Origin: Bacteriovoracia bacterium
Lineage (GTDB): Bacteria > Bdellovibrionota > UBA1018 > JBFWNL01
Assembly: GCA_050251055.1 (NCBI GenBank)
Contig: JBFWNL010000008.1
Coordinates: 32,001 to 96,000 of the forward strand
DNA length: 64,000 nucleotides
Reading direction: 5' to 3'
Part shown: piece after piece, positions 54,301 to 62,272 of the stretch
How the letters are laid out: each line of letters opens with the position of its first letter
How positions within the stretch are numbered: the stretch's first letter is position 1
Notes under the pieces: model-generated
What the model saw: only the letters and a program-made list of their open reading frames with translations
The model's database searches: none
Told to the model about the DNA's origin: nothing
Translations under genes and position numbers: made by a program

Positions 54301-54617
54301 TGCAACGCGAGGTCGATGTTGCGGCTCAGATCGAATTCCACCTTCACGGTAGCCGAGCTGGACTTCGCCGACGAGCTGACGGACTTCACGCCCTCGATGC
54401 TCATCACCTTGTCTTCAATGACGTCGACCACGTCGAGCTCCATCACCTCCGGTGGCGCCCCCTCCATTTTCAGATTGATAGTAATGACGGGAAAGTCGAC
54501 GTCGGGAAGCTGGCTCACCCCCAAACGGGTAAAGGCCAGACCGCCAAAGACGATCAAACCTAGCATCAACATCCAGGCAAAAACGGGGCGACGTATCGAG
54601 AGTTCGGCTAAAGTCAT
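51399..54617 (-). CDS. RND efflux transporter permease (AcrB/AcrD/AcrF family)
   Basis: SIRRPVFA, PDVDFP, GIVVDDAI, KKNSILLVDF, RLRPILMT; 1072 aa. Confidence 0.96.
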   Translation of the reverse strand: MTLAELSIRRPVFAWMLMLGLIVFGGLAFTRLGVSQLPDVDFPVITINLKMEGAPPEVMELDVVDVIEDKVMSIEGVKSVSSSAKSSSATVKVEFDLSRNIDLALQDVQAKIAQAQKQLPSEMDPPSITKTNPDDLPILFFSVQAEGYTRQELMTYVRDTLKNKFATLPGVGEVRMGGYLEPNMRVWIRDKDLKRFQLAVNDVIDNVGREHVDPPTGQVNEGVFEYNMRFYGEATEPDQFGQLRLNTRGGGPNYNPIRLADVATLQEGTEDVRTVARAMGQSSLNVGIVKQRGSNAVAVARAVRAKLAEIQPDLPKGMSVGINFDSSKYVEEAVGELNFTLLLSALMTGLVCWMFLGSFSSTFNVLLAIPTSIIGAFSVLHFFGFTLNTFTLLALSMAIGIVVDDAIMVLENITRHREMGKSRGRAALDGAKEITFAAAAASVSVVAIFLPVAFMSGIIGKFFFQFGVTMTAAVLISLLEALTLSPMRAASLGAEHVAEQRATKLGRFFEAAMTAAATFYGRTLELALRRKWAVIGAATAVCVGSFFILKLIRQEFIPAEDQGRFAIVIQTPVGSSLSLTDERAKTVEEFVKNRPEVFRYFVTVGAGGGNQSGDINQARVVVTMKPRGQRGIDPELGRELTQQDMMALARKTLGKSKEFRLVVQDFNMRGLTSSRGFPVEFTVQGPNWEELAKHANAIREELSKTGLVTDIDTDYKVGMPEIQIFPDRIKASERGVPLRAVGETINAMIGGQRIGQYPKDGHRYDIRIKLQDDERDQVERIRGLYVRNNRGELVRLSDLVRIDKKPTVQAVARVNRERSITVYANLAKGQSQKRALDEIQSIAKRVLPDQYHVVFSGSSQTFQESFGSLIFALVFGIFVAYMVLATQFNSFIDPVTVLVALPFSITGAFFALYLGGQSINIYSMIGLILLMGIAKKNSILLVDFTNQVRERGEKSVVKALLQACPIRLRPILMTSFATIAGAIPPALAIGPGAESRIPMAVTVIGGVLVSTIFTLYLVPCVYLALSRFENKKSWLDGEAPGEENESANTQGNGSGHPGRKRSRVVATPTVTQ

Positions 54618-54717
54618 GAGTCTTCCTAGTGACTCAATATCCTAACCGTTTCCGGTCGGCAAATCACCGGGGGCCGCGGAATCACTCGGCAAAATCCGCC
54701 GGTTTCCCGGCGGTAAC

Positions 54718-55518
54718 TCAGAGCTTGGCTTTACGGTCCTTCATGAATTCGAGGTACTCGAAGAGATGTTCGAGTTCCTCGGACTTCAAATTTTTGAAAG
54801 ACGGCATTTTACTCCGGGCCCGAAAACTCGAGGCGTCGGCGATGAATTTCAGCAAGGTGCCGCGCGACCAGTACTCCGTCACGTTCTGAGGAACGTTCAG
54901 CTCGGGCCCCAGATCTCCACCCTGCAGATTGATCGAGTGGCAGCGCAGGCACTGATCCTTAAAAAGCGCGAAGCCCTTATACTCTTCCGAAGCCTTATCC
55001 TTCCCCACCGGATAGAGCTGATCATACTTCTGAGCGAAGTTAACCGCCTCGATCTTCACCATTTGATACGGCCACGGCACGGCTTCTCCGAGCGCCCTGC
55101 CTTCCTCCCAGACCAGGTAATAAGGCGCCGGCGAAACCATGGCTTTCCCTTGCTTCACCTTGCCAAATTTGAGCCGCGTACCGTGTTCTTGAAAAGCAAC
55201 ATAGCCTTTGTGTTTCTGAATTTTCTCGAAGGTGGTGTTGGGCGCATAGCCGTCTTTGGCGGTAAAGACGATTTCCTCGGTCGTGGCCTTCTCATCCCAA
55301 CCCGCATGCTTCAGGAGATCCACGAGCGCGAAAGCGTCGAACTTTTTGGCCTTCCCGTAAACCGGATCGTCGATCTCTAGGGTTTTTACCGGAAGGTTTT
55401 TCTTGAGATCCACGAGCGAATACTTCGCGGACTTACCGGCGATCACCACCTCCAGCGTATTGGCGGAGGCGAGCGTAGAAAGGCACATACCTAAAACCAG
55501 CGGAAGGATTTTATTCAT
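54718..55518 (-). CDS. Periplasmic protein with molybdopterin-oxidoreductase-like N-terminal domain and C-terminal cytochrome c
   Basis: Signal peptide, FTAKDGY, PYYLVW, WPYQ, CLRCH heme motif and MPSF. Confidence 0.75.
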   Translation of the reverse strand: MNKILPLVLGMCLSTLASANTLEVVIAGKSAKYSLVDLKKNLPVKTLEIDDPVYGKAKKFDAFALVDLLKHAGWDEKATTEEIVFTAKDGYAPNTTFEKIQKHKGYVAFQEHGTRLKFGKVKQGKAMVSPAPYYLVWEEGRALGEAVPWPYQMVKIEAVNFAQKYDQLYPVGKDKASEEYKGFALFKDQCLRCHSINLQGGDLGPELNVPQNVTEYWSRGTLLKFIADASSFRARSKMPSFKNLKSEELEHLFEYLEFMKDRKAKL

Positions 55519-55628
55519 ATGCCTATGAAGCTAAGGGGAAACGACGGGGATTACAACGAGGAAGGAGTATCGCGATATAAATGTAGGGCGAGCCCCCCGA
55601 ACTTCTGGGCGCCCGCCCTACTTACTGC

Positions 55629-55952
55629 TTACTTCGACGTCCAGTTGAACTTACGGACCGAGCTTTCGATGTGGTTGACCGACTTCCGGAAATCTTCTTG
55701 GGTCATGATCGCCGTGCATTCGACATTGGCGCGGAAACCCAACCAGAAGGGCTCGGTGATGCGAGGAAGCTCATGACTGCCTTCGACGTTCACCACGCAG
55801 AAAAACGCGCGCTGGCCGTTCTTAATGCCGAAATAGAAGTTCTCGGGGCGAACTTCGGTCAGCAGGGTTTCCATCTTACGGTTCATTTCCTTGTCGGCGC
55901 AGAGCTGATTGCCGGCTTCATTTTCCAGGGTAGCGGTGATCAAAAAACGCAT
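55629..55952 (-). CDS. Small hypothetical protein (GYD/DUF3303-like)
   Basis: RPENFYF...GQR...EPFW pattern; SD AAGGA. Confidence 0.6.
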   Translation of the reverse strand: MRFLITATLENEAGNQLCADKEMNRKMETLLTEVRPENFYFGIKNGQRAFFCVVNVEGSHELPRITEPFWLGFRANVECTAIMTQEDFRKSVNHIESSVRKFNWTSK

Positions 55953-56173
55953 AACGATTCCTTTCGTTGCGCCGGGCCCTCACCGAAAACCCGCGATTTG
56001 CTGAGTTTTCCGAAATGGCACGGCGATGTTTGTTTTTGGTACCGTACGAGCGTAGGAGCGAGCGCGATTGAATACAATGCAAAACCGATGGCGCGGTTTG
56101 TTTATGCCGCGAGCCGGATCGGCGCGCAGAAAATCTTTTGACGAACGCCACGCGCCGACGGAGCGCGCATGGG

Positions 56174-57046
56174 CTATTTCTGCACCGCGGGCACCCACGC
56201 CGCCGTGCGCCCGCCAATCGTGTCGTGCACGATGCGATGCTTGCGGGAAGTTTGCGCGTCTTTTTCCTTTCCCCACCGATGATGAAAAAGCCAGGTCGAT
56301 GGGTATCGATCGTAATCCGCGTCCACCGCGACGGACTTGCGGATGATCGCCAGCAGTTTCGTACGAAGCCGCGCGACTTCCGCGGGCTTCAGCTTCGCCG
56401 CCAAGCGATGCGGGGAAACTCCCGCCTGATAAAGGACTTCGTCGGCAATCCAATTCCCCACTCCGGCGAAGACGGCCTGATCGAGCAGCACGGACTTGAT
56501 CGGCGCGCGTCGTTTGGCCAGCAGGGGCGTGAGTTCTCGCGCCGTCGGAAACGAAAGCAAAGGGTCAAAGCCCAGCTTCGATACTGGCGGCTCAGCCAGC
56601 GGGTCATCCGCCAGGCGTATCCGACCGAAACGCCGGGGATCGGTGATCGCGACGTGCGTACCGTCATCGAGCACGAGCCGCAGTCGGCAAAACGGCAGGA
56701 ACTTCTGATCAAAATCGCCGTCGCGCTTGGGCTCGCTCCAAAGCTTCAGCCCGCCCCACGCCTTCGTGAACTTGCCGCCGCGCTTGTTTCGGATTTCTAC
56801 GTTGCCCGTCATACCCAAGTGGAACACTGGCCAGGGTCTACGGTTAAGCTTCAACCAGAAGTACTTCCCCTTACGGCCCGCACCCAGGACGCGCGCGCCC
56901 TCGATGGCGCGGCGAAATTCCTCGGGGCTCGCTTGATCATAAACGATGCGGTCATCGGGATCGGGGAGCACGCGGGCCAACCGCTTTCCTTTTAACACGC
57001 GCTCCAGGCGACGACGGGACGTTTCGACTTCCGGTAGTTCGGGCAT
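56174..57046 (-). CDS. Fpg/Nei-family DNA glycosylase lacking the C4 zinc finger
   Basis: MPELPEVE, RKGKY, HLGMTG, DPRRFG, LLDQ..AGVGNWIADE. C-terminus GGRTAAWVPAVQK has no Cys. Confidence 0.92.
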   Translation of the reverse strand: MPELPEVETSRRRLERVLKGKRLARVLPDPDDRIVYDQASPEEFRRAIEGARVLGAGRKGKYFWLKLNRRPWPVFHLGMTGNVEIRNKRGGKFTKAWGGLKLWSEPKRDGDFDQKFLPFCRLRLVLDDGTHVAITDPRRFGRIRLADDPLAEPPVSKLGFDPLLSFPTARELTPLLAKRRAPIKSVLLDQAVFAGVGNWIADEVLYQAGVSPHRLAAKLKPAEVARLRTKLLAIIRKSVAVDADYDRYPSTWLFHHRWGKEKDAQTSRKHRIVHDTIGGRTAAWVPAVQK

Positions 57047-57120
57047 GAGGCGTGCTTACTTGAAACGACCTATAAACACAAACCAAAGCCGTCGGTTACC
57101 CCCCCAAGAATTGCTACCTT

Positions 57121-58194
57121 ATGCGGTACTTTGCTAAGATGCGTCCCGTGTACACCGACCCTCTCGTGACCTGGACGGAAAAGGGGCTCTACTGTCCGTC
57201 GGGAAATTTTTACATCGATCCTCACCGCGCGGTGGACATCGCGGTCACCACGCATGCCCACAGCGACCATGCCCGACGCGGGAGTCGCCGTTATATCTGC
57301 GAGAAGTCGGGCGTGGGCTTGCTGCGTGCCCGCGTCGGGGAAAAAATCAACGTGCACGGCTTGGCTTATCAAGAGCGGCTGCGGATGGGCGATGTCGAGA
57401 TGAGCCTCCATTCCGCCGGTCATATCCTAGGATCCGCGCAGGTGCGGATCCAGCGGGGAGAAGAAGTGTGGGTCGCCTCGGGCGACTACAAGCGGGATCC
57501 CGATCCGAGCTGCGAGCCATTTGAAGTCGTGAAGTGCGACACTTTCATCACGGAGGCCACCTTCGGAACGCCCCAGTACGTTTGGCCAAAAGAAGCGCGG
57601 CACGGTGAGGAAATCTTTCGGTGGTGGCAGGAACTGCAAGCCCGCGGAGCGAACGGCGTGCTCTTCGGCTACTCGCTCGGCAAAGCCCAGCGGATCTTGG
57701 CGGAGCTCGCCCCTTACGCGGAAAAACCCGTGCTCATTCACCCGACGATCCATGCTTTGGCGGAATGTTATCGGGCGGAAGGCCGGAAGCTAGCGCCCAC
57801 GGCGGATCTTCCCAGCTCCGTTTCCACGAGCCTCGCGCGCGGAGAACCCTTCCGCGGGGAATTGATCTTGGCTCCGCCCGCCGTGCTGCAGGGACCCGAC
57901 GCGCGGGCCTTTGGCGTTTACGAAACGGCATTCGCCTCGGGATGGATGCGCGAAGGAGGACGGGGGCACGGCCGCCGCTACGATCGCGGTTTCATCATGT
58001 CGGATCACGCGGACTGGAACGACTTAAATCAGACCATCACCGAGACGGGCGCCTGGCGAATCTTCGTACAACATCGTAACGGGGCGCTCGTTCGGCACCT
58101 GCGCGCCAAAGGCCTGGCCGCGCATTCCATCTCGGAGCTGACCCCCACCGGATTCGCGAGGATTTCTGCACCAAATCTCGAACTGTTTCAATAG
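57121..58194 (+). CDS. Ligase-associated DNA damage response exonuclease (MBL/beta-CASP)
   Basis: GLYC...YIDP, THAHSDH, AGHILGSAQ, SGDYK, EATFG, YSLGKAQRIL, ASGWM, SDHADW. Start may be 57139. Confidence 0.9.
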   Translation: MRYFAKMRPVYTDPLVTWTEKGLYCPSGNFYIDPHRAVDIAVTTHAHSDHARRGSRRYICEKSGVGLLRARVGEKINVHGLAYQERLRMGDVEMSLHSAGHILGSAQVRIQRGEEVWVASGDYKRDPDPSCEPFEVVKCDTFITEATFGTPQYVWPKEARHGEEIFRWWQELQARGANGVLFGYSLGKAQRILAELAPYAEKPVLIHPTIHALAECYRAEGRKLAPTADLPSSVSTSLARGEPFRGELILAPPAVLQGPDARAFGVYETAFASGWMREGGRGHGRRYDRGFIMSDHADWNDLNQTITETGAWRIFVQHRNGALVRHLRAKGLAAHSISELTPTGFARISAPNLELFQ

Positions 58195-58317
58195 TGAGTT
58201 ATCTAAAAGTTAACTTATTCTGATTAGTGAATATATTTTAAATTTACTAAATAGACTCATAGCGTCATATTGCGTGCGGCAATCTTCGAAAAATTATCAA
58301 ATCCCTCTGGAGGCACT

Positions 58318-58845
58318 ATGAATCTGTTTTTTAAATCTATCCTATTCGTGACTGGCCTAGGCTTCGCCGCCTCGGCATCCGCGAGCATCGCCTACGAAGA
58401 CCAAAAAAAAATCGCCATCGATCGATATGAAACCGCGTCGATCATGATGGGTCACGTCCTCAGTAAGGACAACACTACCCCGGGCGGAGTCTGCTGGCAC
58501 TACGGCGAAGGGTCAGCGGGCGCCTTCCTGGGTACGGTTACCCAAGGCAGCTCGATCGCCGAGCGCTTCGTGGATATCGACGCGCGATCCAAAGCCCTTC
58601 TGGCGCAGGCGAAGGAGGGAAAAATCACTCCGGAAGCCGCCCAGGCCGAGAATGAAAAAATCGCCGCCGAAGCCAAGCAGCTGCAAACCCTCATGGACAA
58701 GATCTACGAATTTAAATTCGAACAAAAAGAAGCCAGAAACTACTGCTACGGCCGGGCGGAAGGATCGCTGGAAAAGGCGAAGACCGAAGCCGCTAAAAAT
58801 CAGAAAGGCTTGGACGCCCTGGTGAAAACTCTCAACAAGCTCTAA
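58318..58845 (+). CDS. Secreted helical hypothetical protein
   Basis: SD GGAGG, signal peptide (ASA|S) and two Cys. Confidence 0.65.
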   Translation: MNLFFKSILFVTGLGFAASASASIAYEDQKKIAIDRYETASIMMGHVLSKDNTTPGGVCWHYGEGSAGAFLGTVTQGSSIAERFVDIDARSKALLAQAKEGKITPEAAQAENEKIAAEAKQLQTLMDKIYEFKFEQKEARNYCYGRAEGSLEKAKTEAAKNQKGLDALVKTLNKL

Positions 58846-58885
58846 TTCTTGCCGGACCGGCCACGGAAGGCCGCGCTTCGGACAA

Positions 58886-59407
58886 CTAGGCTTGCAGCCG
58901 CCGCCAAAGCTTCTCGAGCGTGCGTGTAAATTCCTTGCACTCGCTCTCGCTCAGATCGGAAAAAAGCTCGGCGACGCGCTCTTTATAAGCCGAGCAGCCC
59001 AGGGCGACTTCGCCACTGGCTTTGCTGGTAAGTTCTAATACCGTCGCCCGTCGATCCGATGGGTGCGCGCGACGCGCGACCAACCCGTCGCGCTCCAATG
59101 CGTCCACGAGCGCCGTGATATTCGTCGCCGTCACGCCTAGCTCTTCCTTCAAATCACTCATGATGCGCGGGCCACGTTCGTGCAAGGAGCTCAAGATGCG
59201 CAGCCGCTGCGTGGAAAGGCCTTTTTCCGTCATCAACGATTCCGACCAACGCTGGAAAGCGGGCGTAAAACTCCAAAGCAATTCCACGAGGCGCCGGCGC
59301 GGGGAGGCTGAGTTACAAGGATGCGTGTGGTCCGAAGTCGGTGCCTTGGCTTTCGTCGGGCTTGCTGGTTTCCCGCGGGAAACTACGGGTTCTTTAGTAT
59401 TCCGCAT
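58886..59407 (-). CDS. MarR-family transcriptional regulator
   Basis: LSTQRLRIL, NITALVDALERDGLVARRAHPSDRRA. Confidence 0.92.
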   Translation of the reverse strand: MRNTKEPVVSRGKPASPTKAKAPTSDHTHPCNSASPRRRLVELLWSFTPAFQRWSESLMTEKGLSTQRLRILSSLHERGPRIMSDLKEELGVTATNITALVDALERDGLVARRAHPSDRRATVLELTSKASGEVALGCSAYKERVAELFSDLSESECKEFTRTLEKLWRRLQA

Positions 59408-59453
59408 ACTTAGCCTTACTATAGCACGGTTTTCCTAAAAAAGTAAAATAATG

Positions 59454-59510
59454 AATAGTTCATATATTGACTATTTAATGGTTCAGCACTATTATTCATA
59501 TATGAACTAT
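59454..59510. promoter_or_regulatory. Two palindromic operator-like sites between marR and trxA-nemA
   Basis: AATAGTTCATATATTGACTATT (59454-59475, imperfect palindrome) and TTCATATATGAA (59495-59506, perfect) share TTCATATAT. Confidence 0.6.
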
Positions 59511-59640
59511 CGGTCAAAATCTTCAAAACACCAGGGAGCCGTAGAAGTCGCCCAGGCCCTCTGGCAGTCCGCCGTGCTGCTGGGCCTGCTGTTTACGGGT
59601 GCCCTCCAGTACCTCAAGTAAGGACGACGAAGGAGCGTAT

Positions 59641-59964
59641 ATGAGTCAGATCGCAACGGATAAAAACTTTGAAACGGACGTGCTACAGGCCAGCGGCCTG
59701 AGCTTAGTCGATTTCTGGGCCGAATGGTGTGGCCCCTGCAAGGCGCTCGCCCCGACGATCGACCAGATCGCCCGGGAGCGCGCCGATTCGCTGCGGGTCT
59801 TCAAGCTCGACGTCGACGCCAACCCGGACACCGCGGTTCGCTACGGCATCCGCGGTATTCCCGCTTTGCTTCTATTTAAGAACGGAGTGGTGGTCGATCA
59901 GCTGGTCGGCGCCCATCCCAAAGCCACGATTGATCAAATCATCACCAAACATCAAGGAGCCTAA
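59641..59964 (+). CDS. trxA: Thioredoxin
   Basis: DFWAEWCGPCK, GIRGIP; SD AAGGAG. Confidence 0.95.
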   Translation: MSQIATDKNFETDVLQASGLSLVDFWAEWCGPCKALAPTIDQIARERADSLRVFKLDVDANPDTAVRYGIRGIPALLLFKNGVVVDQLVGAHPKATIDQIITKHQGA

Positions 59965-59967
59965 AAC

Positions 59968-61038
59968 ATGTCTACCCTTCTTCATTCCGAAATTCCATTC
60001 GGCCGCATTCAACTTCGCAATCGCGTGATCATGGCACCCATGACCCGTAGCCGCGCCGTCGGTAATGTGCCCAACGAAATAATGGCCCGCTACTATCGGC
60101 AACGCGCGGATGCGGGCCTCATCATCACCGAAGGCACTTCGCCGTCCCCGAACGGGCTGGGTTACGCCCGCATCCCGGGACTTTTCAACGCCGAACAGGT
60201 GAAAGGCTGGCGGCCCGTCACCGACGCCGTTCATCAAGCGGGCGGAAAAATTTTCGTGCAGCTGATGCACACCGGGCGTGCGTCCCATCCGGCGAACCTG
60301 CCCGCCGATGGACGCACGCTCGCCCCCTCCGCGATCGGCCTGACCGGCACGATCTACACCGATAGCCAAGGACCGCAACCCTATCCGGTGCCGAAAGCAA
60401 TGACCGCCGACGAGGTCGAAGCCGCGATCGCCGAATTCGTGCATTCCAGCCGCCTGGCCATCGAAGCCGGTTTCGACGGGGTGGAGCTACACGGGGCGAA
60501 CGGCTACCTCATCGATCAGTTTTTAAATTCCGCTTCCAACCACCGTACCGATCAATGGGGCGGCAGTATCGAAAACCGAATTCGTTTTCCCTTGGAGATC
60601 GCCCGGCGGGTAAGCGAAGCCATCGGGCCCGACCGCGTGGGGATCCGCATCTCTCCGTACGGCGTGTTCAACGATATGAAACCTGATGCCGAGATGGACG
60701 CGATGTACGAGCGTCTCACACGCGAGCTCAATCAGCTGGGGATTGTTTACATCCACGTAGTCGACCACAGCTCGATGGGCGCACCCGAGGTAAGTCCGAC
60801 GTTGAAGCGCAAAATTCGCCAACAGTTTCGGGGACACTACATCCTTTCGGGTGGGTACGACGCGCAACGCGCCGAGGTCGATCTCGCGGAAAAGAAAGGA
60901 GACGTGGTCGCTTTCGGACGGCCTTTCATTAGCAACCCTGACCTGGTGGCAAAACTACGTGAGGGCAAGCCATTGGCCACCGCGGACCCCGGTACCTTCT
61001 ATACCCCGGGTGAGAAGGGATACACGGACTACGCCTAG
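59968..61038 (+). CDS. nemA: Old yellow enzyme / N-ethylmaleimide reductase-type alkene reductase
   Basis: NRVIMAPMTRSRA, YYRQRA, GFDGVELHGANGYL, GRPFISNPDL, GYTDY. Confidence 0.92.
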   Translation: MSTLLHSEIPFGRIQLRNRVIMAPMTRSRAVGNVPNEIMARYYRQRADAGLIITEGTSPSPNGLGYARIPGLFNAEQVKGWRPVTDAVHQAGGKIFVQLMHTGRASHPANLPADGRTLAPSAIGLTGTIYTDSQGPQPYPVPKAMTADEVEAAIAEFVHSSRLAIEAGFDGVELHGANGYLIDQFLNSASNHRTDQWGGSIENRIRFPLEIARRVSEAIGPDRVGIRISPYGVFNDMKPDAEMDAMYERLTRELNQLGIVYIHVVDHSSMGAPEVSPTLKRKIRQQFRGHYILSGGYDAQRAEVDLAEKKGDVVAFGRPFISNPDLVAKLREGKPLATADPGTFYTPGEKGYTDYA

Positions 61039-61100
61039 TCCACCTTTCCTGTGTATAGACCGGATTTGACCTTTCGCAGCAATAGCGTTAGGTTCGCGCC

Positions 61101-61547
61101 ATGAAAACTTTATGCGTAATCTTGGTTTTGGCGATCTCCAACCTGGCTTCGGCCGCGGACCTACTGGACATTCAGTTCAAGGGGACCACGACGATCGGCA
61201 CGGAGAAAGTCGATTGCACGGTGAAGACAATCCCGTACGAAGACCACGCCTATCTCGAGTACGAGAACGACAAGATTTTCGTCCCGGTCCGTTTTGATAT
61301 CAAGGCCGGGTCTACCCAGAAGCGCGCCCTCGGCACCTTTAAAAAGTCCGTACCTGGCAGCGGCGGGTTTGGTAGCTACACTCCCGCCGAAAAGTCCAAA
61401 GGTGAAATCGTCATCACGCTGGAAAAAGACGATCGCTACCTCGCGAAGATCACGGCGGAAAACTGCGTAGAGCGGACTTTCCTCAACAAAGGTCTGGGAA
61501 TTTTCAAGTGCCAGACCACGAAGCAAACCTGCACCCAACCTAAGTAA
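61101..61547 (+). CDS. Secreted hypothetical protein
   Basis: Signal peptide (ASA|A), beta-rich, four Cys in the mature part. Confidence 0.6.
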   Translation: MKTLCVILVLAISNLASAADLLDIQFKGTTTIGTEKVDCTVKTIPYEDHAYLEYENDKIFVPVRFDIKAGSTQKRALGTFKKSVPGSGGFGSYTPAEKSKGEIVITLEKDDRYLAKITAENCVERTFLNKGLGIFKCQTTKQTCTQPK

Positions 61548-61582
61548 ACGCAAAAATTAGGATTGTGGTATCCTAGTAAGCG

Positions 61583-61650
61583 GGCAATGGAGTCTGCCTT
61601 ATAACCGCCATTCGGCTGATGACTCCTACTGAACCCCTATCCAGTAGGAG
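61583..61650 (+). promoter_or_regulatory. Fluoride riboswitch (crcB motif) with SD-sequestering expression platform
   Basis: GGCAATGGAGTCTGCC...ACCGCC...GCTGATGACTCCTAC matches the fluoride aptamer consensus. CTCCTACTG (61623-61631) pairs with CAGTAGGAG (61642-61650), covering the SD of fluC. Confidence 0.92.
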
Positions 61651-61655
61651 ATTTT

Positions 61656-62024
61656 ATGGATTTTTTGATCGTAGGCCTCGGCGGATTCATTGGCGCGATT
61701 ATGCGCTACACCCTGTATCTCGTGGAACGAGCGCTCGGCGTGACTGCTTTTCCTTGGGGAACCCTGGCTATCAATTTGATCGGCTGCTTTGGCGCGGGAA
61801 TGCTATTCGCGCTAGCGGAGCGGATGGTTCCGGTGCAACGGCCCTGGCTATTGTTCGGGGCCATGGGGATCATCGGCTCGTTCACGACCTTCTCTGCGTT
61901 TAGCGTCGAGTCGTTGCAACTCTTTCGAAGTGGGCATGCCGGCATGGCGCTCGCGAATATCTCGGCGAACGTGGTTTTGGGATTAGCATTGGTTTGGGGC
62001 GGGCACTGGGTTATCCAGGCTTAA
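61656..62024 (+). CDS. crcB: Fluoride channel Fluc/CrcB
   Basis: GGFIGAIMRY, FPWGTLAINLIGCF, GSFTTFSAF; directly downstream of a fluoride riboswitch. Confidence 0.95.
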   Translation: MDFLIVGLGGFIGAIMRYTLYLVERALGVTAFPWGTLAINLIGCFGAGMLFALAERMVPVQRPWLLFGAMGIIGSFTTFSAFSVESLQLFRSGHAGMALANISANVVLGLALVWGGHWVIQA

Positions 62025-62272
62025 GGGAACCCCCTCGAAGACGCCATCTAGCGGCCGATCTACGTCAGTCAAATTTCCGTCACCAAGTTTGAACCCTCAA
62101 ACTCCTTAAAACCGCTACCGAAGAGACTACGTGAAGGTCTGCCTTAAACTATGGATTTTGGTGACTGGGCTCGTACCGCATGAATCCGGATATGCACTCT
62201 TGCAGGAAAAAGTGAGACGGGCGGACGGTAGAAACTTGGCCGAAGCCCTAAGCGCCACGGGGGCCAGTTGAG

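Noticed and set aside
54640-54717. Repeated CGGCAAA words resembling a c-di-GMP-I riboswitch
   Set aside because: They lie on the wrong strand for the downstream RND gene and lack the GNRA/receptor stem and P1 pairing.
58224-58250. TTAGTGAAT-N9-ATTTACTAA inverted repeat with CIRCE-like spacing
   Set aside because: The inner bases do not match CIRCE, and the region is AT-rich enough for chance palindromes.
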